This document shows positions 38,835 to 47,800 of a DNA stretch of 54,357 nucleotides, piece after piece. Position numbers and translations under genes: made by a program. The stretch is from Acidobacteriota bacterium (GTDB taxonomy: Bacteria; Acidobacteriota; UBA6911), in NCBI GenBank assembly GCA_003225335.1, contig QHZE01000460.1:1-54357 (forward strand). Direction: 5' to 3'. The notes below the pieces were generated by a model that did not search any database, was not told where the DNA came from, and saw only the letters and a list, made by a program, of their open reading frames with translations. Within the stretch, counting starts at the first letter, position 1; each line of letters opens with the position of its first letter.

Positions 38835-40558
38835 GGGTTTTCACGCCCTTCCTTCATGTTGGGTTCGAGAGCGGGCCGGTTAGAGACCAGCAGTAATTCC
38901 TGCTCTGCCCAGGACTCCTCGTCCAGGAGCAGGTGGAGCTGCGTGATAAGCCGGGGGCGGCGATCCAGAACATAAAGAATCAGGTCCCGTGTTCCGACAA
39001 AATAACTGTAATCCTGTTCTGTGAGAATACAGAAGACCGCCCTCGTCGAACGAAAGCGCTGCACCATGGACTCCGCATCAAACTCCTCAAAGATAGGACG
39101 GCGAAGATAAAAAGCCATGCTCGGCAGAGCCGCGTCATAATAACCCACCTGATCTTCCGGCTTGGATTGCGACGCTATTTGCCGGCACATTTCCTTCACA
39201 GGCCGTAAAGGCTCGATTCCTGGAATGTAAATCGAGGCCGCCAGCAAAAGCAAAAGCCAGATCGAGCACGAGAGGGTCCCGTAGCATCCAGACAGATTTC
39301 CGCGAATCAATTGCCAGGCCAGTGCGAACGAAGCAACCAGCAATACAGCCGAAGGAAGGTAGACCAGAACCGGGAAAAGATCCGGAAAAACGGAGCGCAT
39401 CAGGATTATCATGTATAGGCACAACCCAAAGACGAGGAGAAGCAGGAGGAAAAAAGCACACATCCATGGGTAGTTCGGTCTATTTAAATTAGAAGTTACT
39501 TTAATGAGTGCGCTCCGCCGCAGCGCGCCGCCCAAGAGGACGGCGAGGAGGGGATACATGGGGGCGATATAGTATTCCTGTTTGTTCTTGGAGAGTGTGA
39601 AAAAAAGAAACACGAAGGCGCACCACACCAGGGGAAATCCATACTGGAAAGCGCTTACCGGGCGGAGATTCTCCCTCTCTGACCAGAAGTAGAAAGCCGC
39701 AGCAACTGCGAGGATCGACCACGGAAAGAAGTCCGCGAAAAAAGTGGGCACGTAGTAGAACGGCCCTCGCATTGGCCCGAAACTCTGAGTGGCGAAACGT
39801 CCCAGGTTGTCCTTGAGGAAAAAGGAAGCGATGTAATCCCGGCCGTGAGACCGGTAGATGAGAGCGTACCAGGGCAGCACTGTCGCGGCCAACAGAACGA
39901 GACCCCTAAAGGGTCGCAAGCGACGCCAGGATAAAGAGAAACTTCGCGTAAGGACCAACCAGAGGGAGAAACTCGCCCCCGGCAGGACCCAGGCGACGGG
40001 GCCTTTGGTGAGGAAACCGCATCCCAGAAAAAGATACAGCGGGACCCAGCTCTTCCATGAAGGGGACGGACGACGCAGGGCGTGGACAAAGAAGTAGGCG
40101 CTGCCCGTGAGCCAGAACAGCAGCAGAATATCGATAGGAAGCTTTCGCGCCAGGATGAAGAACCGGGGCGTTGTGCCGATCATGACCGCGGCCAGGATTC
40201 CCGCAAAGGGGGAGAAAAGAGCGCGGCCGATCCCAAAGGTAAAAACAATGACCCCCAACGCGGCGAGAGCCCCCGGCAGCCGAACGGCGAATTCGGATAC
40301 CCCGAAGAGATTATACGAAGCGAGGACCAACCAATATGTGAGCGGCGGCTTCTGTGGCCGCAATTGGTGGTTGAAGCGCGGCGCAAGGTAGTCTCCTGAT
40401 TCGAGCATTTCCCGGGGCGTCTCCGCGTAGAAGGCTTCGTTGGCGTCCCAGAGAGAGGACGTCCCGAGATGGATGAAGTACGGCAGCGCTACTGCCGCCA
40501 GCACCACAAACGGCGCGCCGCGCGAAACCCGGCGAGAATTGAAGGGCCAAACCATCAT
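38831..40558 (-). CDS. ArnT/PMT-like (GT-C) membrane glycosyltransferase
   Basis: D.NEA.YAE..REM..SGD, KPPL.YW, EFAVRLP, TKGP, K..YYI.P.YP. Confidence 0.88.
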   Translation of the reverse strand: MMVWPFNSRRVSRGAPFVVLAAVALPYFIHLGTSSLWDANEAFYAETPREMLESGDYLAPRFNHQLRPQKPPLTYWLVLASYNLFGVSEFAVRLPGALAALGVIVFTFGIGRALFSPFAGILAAVMIGTTPRFFILARKLPIDILLLFWLTGSAYFFVHALRRPSPSWKSWVPLYLFLGCGFLTKGPVAWVLPGASFSLWLVLTRSFSLSWRRLRPFRGLVLLAATVLPWYALIYRSHGRDYIASFFLKDNLGRFATQSFGPMRGPFYYVPTFFADFFPWSILAVAAAFYFWSERENLRPVSAFQYGFPLVWCAFVFLFFTLSKNKQEYYIAPMYPLLAVLLGGALRRSALIKVTSNLNRPNYPWMCAFFLLLLLVFGLCLYMIILMRSVFPDLFPVLVYLPSAVLLVASFALAWQLIRGNLSGCYGTLSCSIWLLLLLAASIYIPGIEPLRPVKEMCRQIASQSKPEDQVGYYDAALPSMAFYLRRPIFEEFDAESMVQRFRSTRAVFCILTEQDYSYFVGTRDLILYVLDRRPRLITQLHLLLDEESWAEQELLLVSNRPALEPNMKEGRENP

Positions 40559-40680
40559 TCTATCTTAATCGTTCAGTCTCGGGCGGAACTGGTGTCTTTC
40601 CTTTCCCAAGCTGCCATTGCAGGCACCAGAATCACTTGACCTCAGATTTCACGAACAAGAATTCTCGTTCACGTGGATTG

Positions 40681-40943
40681 CACAAAATGAAACCACCGAT
40701 GAACACAGAGCAGCCCAGCCGCAACCAAACTAAAGTCCTTCGCGTTTTCTTCGCGTGCTTCGCGCCTTTGCGGTGAAAGTCCAGCCCAGGATTCACCGCG
40801 AAGCCGCGAAGCGCGCGAGGATTTCGCGAAGAAAAATCCTTTCCTGCCAGCAAAGGGTTTTCGGGTTAGTAGTACAGAGCAGCCCAGCCGCAATAGTGGA
40901 GATCTGTGTTCATCTGTGTTCATCTGTGTTCATCTGTGGTTTC
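40681..40943 (+). repeat. Composite repeat: module A palindrome enclosing a ~150-bp body between 20-bp direct repeats
   Basis: ACAGAGCAGCCCAGCCGCAA at 40705-40724 and 40874-40893; the body is an inverted copy of 30618-30777. Confidence 0.88.
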
Positions 40944-40956
40944 GTTTACGATTCCA

Positions 40957-43458
40957 TCAGAAGAGTGATTTCTGGATTTCTCCCAGCACTTCGTCTGCCG
41001 ATCGTGCGCGGGGACGGCCGGTCAGGTCAATTTCCTTTCTTTCCAGACGTTCGAGAATCTGGCTGGCTCTCCGCAGCACTTCACGTGGGAGACCCGCCAG
41101 CCGCGCAACCTCGATGCCGTAACTCTTATCCGCGGTTCCGGCAACGACCTTGCGGAGAAACACGATTTCATTCCCCGCCTCCCGGATCGCCATGCAGTAG
41201 TTTTTGACTCCCGGCTGGACGTCGGCCATTTTCGTAAGTTCGTGGTAGTGAGTAGCAAAGATCGTCTTGGCGCGGTGCTGCGGATTTTGCGCAAGATACT
41301 CCGCGACGGCCCAGGCGATGGACAACCCGTCAAACGTTGCTGTCCCTCGCCCCACTTCATCCAGGAGGATCAGGCTTCCATTGGTCGCAGTGTTGAGGAT
41401 GTTCGCCGTTTCTATCATCTCTACCATGAAGGTGGACTGGCCGCGTGCCAGATTGTCCGAGGCGCCCACACGAGTGTAGATGCGATCCACGAGCCCTATT
41501 CTCGCCTGCCGGGCGGGGACGAAGGAACCCATTTGAGCGAGGATCACAATGAGCGCCGTCTGGCGCAGGAAGGTCGATTTCCCCCCCATGTTCGGTCCTG
41601 TAAGAATGAGGAGCTGATCCGTGGTCGTATTCATGTAAAGATCGTTGGCAATGAACGGGCGGCTTTGGAATTCAACCACGGGATGGCGTCCTTGCTGGAC
41701 GCAGATCTCGTCGCTCTCAGCCAACTGGGGGCGGACGTAATCATTCTTTATGGCCACTTCAGCCAGCGCAGCGTAGACGTCGAGCTCCCCGAGCAGACGT
41801 GCCGTAGCCTGGATCCGCCCCGCCTGTCCGGCGATAGTCTTTCGTACCTGGTCAAAAAGGTCTTTCTCCAATTCCGCAATGCGCTCTTCGGCGCGGAGAA
41901 CCTTCTCTTCGTATTCCTGAAGCTCCTCGGTCACAAATCGCTCACAGTTCACCAGGGTCTGCTTGCGGACGTAACCCGTGGGGACCTGGGGCAGATTGGG
42001 CCTGGTTACCTCGATGAAATATCCGAAGACCTGATTGAATTTGACTTTGAGCGATTGGATCCCGGTTCGCTCGCGCTCCCGAGCTTCCAGTGAAGCGATG
42101 TAAGTCTTACCGCTTCGTCGAATGGCCCGCAACTCATCCAATTCCGCCGAAAACCCCGAACGGATGATTCCAGGATCCAAAGAGGAAGCAGGGGGCTCCT
42201 CTGCTATAGCATTCTGGATCAGTTGAACGACGTCCGGGAGATCATCGAGTTTCGATCGTATCTGCTGCAGTGTTGCGGCTCCGCATGACTCCAGCGACGA
42301 CCGGATCGCAGGCACGGCGCAAAGCGAGTCCCGCAATGCCAGCACATCGCGGGGAGATGCGGTGCCTAGCGTAACCCGGCTGACCAAGCGTTCCACATCA
42401 TGGATTTCTCCAAGTCTCCGAACCAGCCGGTCGTGCCCCACGACGTCCTTTGTGAGCACTTCTACCGCATCCAGACGCTTGTCGAGCTCGCCGGCGTTGA
42501 GGAGCGGAGTCAGCAGCCACGACTTCAGCAGCCGCCCACCCATTCCAGTCCGCGTCACGTCGAGAACAGACAGAAGAGAACCCTTGCGGTCGCCCTCCAT
42601 TGTTTCGATCAGCTCCAGGTTTTTGACGGTGGAGTTGTCGAGTTTCAGATAGTCCCGGGGTTCGAAGAACCGCAGTGCGGCGATCTTGCCCAGCTGCGAG
42701 AGCTGGGTCTCACGGATGTAATGAATGAGAGCACCGGCCGCCGATATGGCGAGGGGGTGGTCTTCGCAACCGAAACCTGCCAGCGTGGCTACACTGAAAT
42801 GCTCCAGGAGGAGCCGAAAAGCATAATCTGCATTGAATGCCCAACCGTCGAGCGGACTCGCGACCCACTCGCCCGGCCAGTCCCTGGCAAGCTTCTCCTT
42901 GAGCGGGTTGCTGCCGTCTTCGGGAAGCAGTAATTCACGGGGCCGGAACCGGCTCAGCTCGTCAAGCGACCTGTCCCACGCGTCTGCACCGGTCAATTCC
43001 GTAGTCACGAAGTCTCCGGTCGAGAGATCGATGAATGCCAGCCCGGACCCTTCGCCGGTCAAAATCAAACTTCCCAGGTAGTTGTGATCCTTGGGTTCGA
43101 GCAGCACTTCCTCCACTACAGTCCCGGGGGTGAGTATGCGAGTGACTTCTCTGTGAACCAGTTTCCTGGCAGTCTTGGGGTCTTCCACCTGCTCGCAAAT
43201 GGCAATCCTGTAGCCCTTTCTAAGAAGCCGGGCGATATACCCGTCGACGGAGTGATAGGGCACCCCGCACATCGGGACGGGGGCCCCGGCCTTGTCTTTG
43301 TTTCGAGCGGTCAGGGTGATCTCCAGTTCGCGGGAAGCCACAACAGCGTCTTCATAGAACATCTCATAGAAGTCCCCCAGGCGGAAGAAAACCATCTTTC
43401 CGGGAAACCGGCGCTTTATTTCATGGTACTGCTTCATCATGGGGGTCAGATCTTCCAC
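40957..43458 (-). CDS. mutS: DNA mismatch repair protein MutS
   Basis: TPMMKQY, GDFYE.F, TGPNMGGKST, STFMVEM, DEVGRGT, FATHYHEL. Confidence 0.98.
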   Translation of the reverse strand: MEDLTPMMKQYHEIKRRFPGKMVFFRLGDFYEMFYEDAVVASRELEITLTARNKDKAGAPVPMCGVPYHSVDGYIARLLRKGYRIAICEQVEDPKTARKLVHREVTRILTPGTVVEEVLLEPKDHNYLGSLILTGEGSGLAFIDLSTGDFVTTELTGADAWDRSLDELSRFRPRELLLPEDGSNPLKEKLARDWPGEWVASPLDGWAFNADYAFRLLLEHFSVATLAGFGCEDHPLAISAAGALIHYIRETQLSQLGKIAALRFFEPRDYLKLDNSTVKNLELIETMEGDRKGSLLSVLDVTRTGMGGRLLKSWLLTPLLNAGELDKRLDAVEVLTKDVVGHDRLVRRLGEIHDVERLVSRVTLGTASPRDVLALRDSLCAVPAIRSSLESCGAATLQQIRSKLDDLPDVVQLIQNAIAEEPPASSLDPGIIRSGFSAELDELRAIRRSGKTYIASLEARERERTGIQSLKVKFNQVFGYFIEVTRPNLPQVPTGYVRKQTLVNCERFVTEELQEYEEKVLRAEERIAELEKDLFDQVRKTIAGQAGRIQATARLLGELDVYAALAEVAIKNDYVRPQLAESDEICVQQGRHPVVEFQSRPFIANDLYMNTTTDQLLILTGPNMGGKSTFLRQTALIVILAQMGSFVPARQARIGLVDRIYTRVGASDNLARGQSTFMVEMIETANILNTATNGSLILLDEVGRGTATFDGLSIAWAVAEYLAQNPQHRAKTIFATHYHELTKMADVQPGVKNYCMAIREAGNEIVFLRKVVAGTADKSYGIEVARLAGLPREVLRRASQILERLERKEIDLTGRPRARSADEVLGEIQKSLF

Positions 43459-43533
43459 GCGCGCGCTCTCACAGCTAACTACGTGATTTCATAAATACCG
43501 CAAACGTATTTTCCCAAATAAGTCGGGCGCCCT

Positions 43534-43826
43534 GAACCACAGATGAACACGGATCCGTGTTCATCTGTATCCGAAGATACCGAGTGAGGCAACCAAGTCC
43601 ACTTGGTGGAAACAAAGTTCACAAATCGTTCAAGTTTTGTATCATGGCCGGGACGGTCATGCCACGAAGCCATCGTGGCACGGGCGTCTCGCCCGTGAAT
43701 GACTGGGTGGTGTACGGGTACTCGTTATCACTAGCTGCGCCATTGCATTCCCCGGGACGGCGGGACCACATTTTCGTGCGCTTTGGGTGTGCGCCGCACA
43801 TCTGAGACTGTGTTTTCATTTTGTCC
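43534..43826. repeat. Composite region with inward-facing A/B ends around a GTGG-type REP pair
   Basis: GAACCACAGATGAACACGGATCCGTGTTCATCTGT..GGCAACCAA; REPs at 43643-43665 and 43675-43697; degenerate A-B on the minus strand at 43781-43826. Confidence 0.6.
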
Positions 43827-43919
43827 AGTCTTTACGCGCGGCTGCACCAAAGGTATCTGAGGAAGAATTGTTGTAGGTCCCGGGACGACGTGCAAAATGA
43901 CTGGAAATATCTCAAATTC

Positions 43920-43948
43920 TTGTACTTAGTAAACGCGCAGTATATAAT
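43920..43948 (+). promoter_or_regulatory. Sigma70-like promoter for tsaB-rimI
   Basis: TTGTAC-N17-TATAAT in an AT-rich region. Confidence 0.6.
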
Positions 43949-43973
43949 TCCTTGCCCCCGCTTGTCAATAATC

Positions 43974-44678
43974 ATGCCGCCGGATAAATCCATCCGAGTT
44001 CTCTCGATCGACACCTCGAGCTCGCGAGGAAGTATCGCGCTGATGCGAGCGACGGAAGTGGTGGCAGAGCTACGCGTGCTCTCTCAGGAGACGCATTCGG
44101 GGAGACTTTTGAATTCTGTCGAATTTCTCTTGTCGATGGCCGCGTGGAATATCGGGGATGTGCAACTCATTGCCGTTGGCATCGGTCCGGGATCCTTTAC
44201 CGGGATCCGGATCGGAGTATCCACGGCTCTCGGATTGGCCCAGACGCTTTCCTGCCCGATGGCCGCGGTCTCGGGATTGGAAGCTCTGGCTTATGAATCA
44301 GCATTTGTGAGGGGACGCATAGGCATTGTTATGGATGCGCAGCGAAGCCAGGTTTACTATGCAGAGTATCTCGCCGGCGCAAATGGAAAACTGCGTCTGG
44401 TTCAAAAGCCTGGGGTGTGGTTTCCACGAGATTTGGATCGGGTGCTGGGGCAAGGACGTCTGTACGTCACTGGGGACGGCGCGGAACGGTACTCGAAGGA
44501 GATCGGGATATCCGAATCCGGCCCGCGCCGTTTCATCAGGAGAGACCTGTTCCTTGCCGCCGGAATTGCCCGTCTCGCGCTGCGGCGAAAAAGAAGCTGG
44601 CGGAGGGGGGAGTTTCTGACCGCGGAACCTCTCTATATTCGACCACCGGATGCTCTCCGCAAGAGAAGGACGCGCTGA
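43974..44678 (+). CDS. tsaB: tRNA threonylcarbamoyladenosine biosynthesis protein TsaB
   Basis: LSIDTS, HS..L, GPGSFTGIRIG, DAQR..VY, P.YIR. Confidence 0.93.
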   Translation: MPPDKSIRVLSIDTSSSRGSIALMRATEVVAELRVLSQETHSGRLLNSVEFLLSMAAWNIGDVQLIAVGIGPGSFTGIRIGVSTALGLAQTLSCPMAAVSGLEALAYESAFVRGRIGIVMDAQRSQVYYAEYLAGANGKLRLVQKPGVWFPRDLDRVLGQGRLYVTGDGAERYSKEIGISESGPRRFIRRDLFLAAGIARLALRRKRSWRRGEFLTAEPLYIRPPDALRKRRTR

Positions 44679-44679
44679 A

Positions 44680-45147
44680 ATGATCGCAAGTGCCCTTATT
44701 CAGCCGCTCACAGCCGCGGATATCCCGGCGCTCGAAAAGCTGGAGGCCGCCACGCGCCTCGCTTTTTGGGGAAGGGAACATTACCGGAAGTTTCTTGAAG
44801 AGTACCCGGAATACTTCGGCGCCAAAGCGGTCCTGGCTCCTGAAATCGGTTCAACGAAGCTCGTTGGTTTTATCCTGTCTCGCTCGATCTTCGACAACCT
44901 GGAAATTCTCAAGGTCGGGGTACATCCGGATCATCACAGACGGGGAATCGGGACGATTCTTATACAGTCTGCGTTTGAGGAAGGACTTCGCCGGGGCTGC
45001 AGGCGCTGCTTTCTTGAAGTCCGGAAGTCCAATCTGGGAGCCATTGAGTTCTACTACCGGCACAACTTCAGGATGGCAGGGAGCCGGATTAATTATTACA
45101 CCGATCCCGTCGAAGACGCCTGGATCATGGAGCGCTCGCTCAAGTAA
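44680..45147 (+). CDS. rimI: RimI-like ribosomal protein N-acetyltransferase
   Basis: V.P...RRGIG, LEVR.SN..A..FY, R.NYY.DP.EDA..M; follows tsaB. Confidence 0.88.
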   Translation: MIASALIQPLTAADIPALEKLEAATRLAFWGREHYRKFLEEYPEYFGAKAVLAPEIGSTKLVGFILSRSIFDNLEILKVGVHPDHHRRGIGTILIQSAFEEGLRRGCRRCFLEVRKSNLGAIEFYYRHNFRMAGSRINYYTDPVEDAWIMERSLK

Positions 45148-45256
45148 TCAATGACGCGCACACGAGCGCGACCTTGTCTTTCAGCCCCACAGATCCATCG
45201 GACGGAATCCTTGCAGTTTGGAGTCGTACGCCTTCCAGCCGAGAATGTGTGACTTC

Positions 45257-45299
45257 CATTTGAGATTTCAAATAATTTCAAATTTGAAAATTTCAAATG
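45257..45299. repeat. AT-rich TTTGAAA/TTTCAAA repeat palindrome
   Basis: CATTTGAGATTTCAAATAATTTCAAATTTGAAAATTTCAAATG. Confidence 0.55.
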
Positions 45300-45309
45300 T
45301 TGCCCGCAC

Positions 45310-45660
45310 CTAACGACGCTGAAAATAAGTATCCGTGTGCTCGAGCCAGTCCTGACGAATCGGACTGAAAATATCGATGTCGAGGGTGTCCTCCAAAGCC
45401 AGAGCTTTGTGAGGAACGTTGGGAGGTATTACCAGCAGCTGACCAGCCCGCAAAATCAGTTCCTCGCCGCCCACCCAGAATTTTAGAGTTCCTTCGACAA
45501 TGTAGCTGATTTGTTCGCTTATATGAGAATGCTCCGGCACCAGCGCGTCCTTCTTGAGGTAGACCTGCGAGACCATCTCATTCACGCCGGTTATGATCCT
45601 TCTCGAGATGTCGTGGGTGACTTGTTCCCATGGCATCTCCTTCCACGTGTGGATTTTCAT
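45310..45660 (-). CDS. Cupin-domain protein
   Basis: PEHSH..EQ, IPPNVPH, DIFSP.R.DW. ATG 45660 with GGAGG RBS. Confidence 0.88.
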   Translation of the reverse strand: MKIHTWKEMPWEQVTHDISRRIITGVNEMVSQVYLKKDALVPEHSHISEQISYIVEGTLKFWVGGEELILRAGQLLVIPPNVPHKALALEDTLDIDIFSPIRQDWLEHTDTYFQRR

Positions 45661-45769
45661 TGCTCCTCCGACAGCGTCAGACAGCAACCGGAAAGCTTCA
45701 ACGTCTCCGAACATGTTTTCTGTTCTTTGAGGATAGCAAAGGAGTCTTTCTTGGCAAAGGAGATGTTCG

Positions 45770-45823
45770 GCCACAGAGACACGGAGACACAGAGATTTCT
45801 CCGTGTCTCGGTGTCTCTCTGGC
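45770..45823. repeat. CACAGAGA-family octamer hairpin
   Basis: GCCACAGAGACACGGAGACACAGAG..CTCCGTGTCTCGGTGTCTCTCTGGC. Confidence 0.75.
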
Positions 45824-45996
45824 AAAGCAAAGGCAAAGCCCTGATTCCGCGCTAACGCGCGACCCGCCAAAGGACCGCTTATTGTGTCGTCATTCTATAA
45901 GTGATACTATCCAGCGGCTGTTTTCGAGGCGGTCAGGGCTGGGGCATCGTGTTGCCCTCCCGGAGAGCGGAATAAAGAAAGGAGCAAAGCCTTCGC

Positions 45997-46359
45997 ATGA
46001 AAAAGCAGGGTGAGGAGGAAAACGCGGAAAATATTGCCACTCCTGAGGCGGACGAGACCTGGCCGTCCTACACCATGGTCGAAGGGAGAATGAAGAAGAT
46101 CTATTTCGACTTCTACCAGGAGACCTACAAGCGGAGCAAAATCGACCGCAAAACCAAGGAGCTGATTGCCATCGCCGCCTCGCTCGGCTTCCGGTGCCAG
46201 GGATGCCTTAACGGTCATATCAAGAAAGCCATGAAGTTCGGGGCAACACCGGAAGAGATCAGTGAATCGATCGCTATCGCCATGGGAGTTGCCGCAGCAT
46301 CCGTCGTTGATCTGACAGATATCGCCGCCGCTCGACTAAAGATCAAGCTCTTCGAATAA
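45997..46359 (+). CDS. Carboxymuconolactone decarboxylase/AhpD-family protein
   Basis: KTKELIAIA, CxxC (CQGC), H...A...GAT.EEI.E. Start may be later. Confidence 0.85.
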   Translation: MKKQGEEENAENIATPEADETWPSYTMVEGRMKKIYFDFYQETYKRSKIDRKTKELIAIAASLGFRCQGCLNGHIKKAMKFGATPEEISESIAIAMGVAAASVVDLTDIAAARLKIKLFE

Positions 46360-46366
46360 ATTCTCA

Positions 46367-47557
46367 ATGCCGCGCCGGTCCAGGGAAGAAATCCGCGTGG
46401 TTTTGTGTCTTTTTCTGGTCCTCTTTCTTGGCGTCGCCGACAGCCAGATCGTCAGCCCTCTCCTTCCCGCAATTCGCGCCAGGGTGGCCAGATCCTCGCT
46501 TGAGATGGGCCATCTCTTCACCGGGTATTCCCTCAGCGCAGGGCTTTCCGTGCTGATCTGGGGGCCCTTGTCGGACCTGTTTGGCCGCCGGAGAGGGCTC
46601 CTGGCGGGATTGGCGCTGTTCGCGTCCGGCTCGTGCATTTCCTTCCTTTCCGCTACCTACGGCGGCATCCTGGCCGGGCGCGTGATCACGGGAATGGGGG
46701 CCAGCATGCTCAGTCTCAATACGATTTCCTATGCCGCAGACTTCTTCCCCTACGCAAACCGGGGATGGGCGATGGGTTCGATCTTTTCCTCCTATTTCGC
46801 CGCACTCATCCTGGGAGTTCCTTTGGGCTCCCTGGTTGGGGATGCGCTGGGATGGAACGCGGTATTTGGGATCAGCGGAATCTTGGCTCTGCTTCTTGCC
46901 GCTCTCTCAATTGTTTTGCTCCCTCCGCCGGCCGGCCACGCCGGGGAGGTTCGAACGCCTGTCTCTTTGATTCGTCACGCCCGCGTCTATCTGGATTTCG
47001 CCACTTCCCGCGGATCGCTGGGAGCGCTTGTCAGTTCGTGCCTCACATCAGCCGGGACCACGGGATTTCTCGCCTTCGTTGGTATCTGGTTGCACGATGT
47101 GTTTGGCAAGACAAGCAGGGAAATTAGTCTGGTTTTCTTGACTTCAGGAGCCGCGGCGCTCCTCGCTTCTCCGTTTGCCGGAACGCTCTCGGACAGATTT
47201 GGGAAGAAGCTCCAGTTCGTCTGCAGCAATGTGGTGTTCGCCCTCCTGTTACTGGTACTGCCGCGGCTCGCATGGGGAGTCGCTCTTTTTGTCGTGTTCT
47301 GCGGCATCAGTCTTTGTGCGGCCTTCAGGCAGGGTCCTATGGAAGCGCTCATCACTGAAGTAGTTCCAGCAGCAACCCGGGGATCCTTCGTTGCGCTCAG
47401 AAATTGTTTTTCCCAGCTGGGGATCGCACTGGCGGCTCTGGCATCCGGCAAGCTGTTTGACGTCAGCGGCTACGGCGCCATATGCCTTCTATGCTCCGCC
47501 CTGACATTGGCATCTGCCGCGGGAATGACGCTGCTGGTACGGCACGAGCACCTTTGA
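46367..47557 (+). CDS. MFS transporter
   Basis: About 12 TMs; motif A GPLSDLFGRR and GTLSDRFGKK. Confidence 0.92.
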   Translation: MPRRSREEIRVVLCLFLVLFLGVADSQIVSPLLPAIRARVARSSLEMGHLFTGYSLSAGLSVLIWGPLSDLFGRRRGLLAGLALFASGSCISFLSATYGGILAGRVITGMGASMLSLNTISYAADFFPYANRGWAMGSIFSSYFAALILGVPLGSLVGDALGWNAVFGISGILALLLAALSIVLLPPPAGHAGEVRTPVSLIRHARVYLDFATSRGSLGALVSSCLTSAGTTGFLAFVGIWLHDVFGKTSREISLVFLTSGAAALLASPFAGTLSDRFGKKLQFVCSNVVFALLLLVLPRLAWGVALFVVFCGISLCAAFRQGPMEALITEVVPAATRGSFVALRNCFSQLGIALAALASGKLFDVSGYGAICLLCSALTLASAAGMTLLVRHEHL

Positions 47558-47716
47558 ATGGCGGATCTCCGATTGCGGATTGCGGATTGCGGCTTTGGCT
47601 TTGAATTGCGGACTGCCGATTTGGAAGCACCTTTGAATGGCGGATTTTGGAAATAATGGACAGCTGAGACAATCCGCAATCCGCAATCGGCAATCCGAAA
47701 TCGAAAATCCGCAATT
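47547..47716. repeat. GATTGCG-family hairpin with a 20-bp duplication of the MFS 3' end
   Basis: AGCACCTTTGAATGGCGGAT at 47547-47566 and 47626-47645; GATTGCG and AATCCGC heptamer arms. Confidence 0.8.
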
Positions 47717-47800
47717 AAATGCTTTGGCATGAATTTCGGAATTCGTTAGAATTATGCGCTTAAGCCTTGTATAGTCCCGCTCACCTCGAAGGAGGCCGTC

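Noticed and set aside
46190-46210. Possible selenoprotein in the AhpD-like gene, prompted by yqeC
   Set aside because: The motif is TGC-CAG-GGA-TGC (CxxC) with no in-frame TGA.
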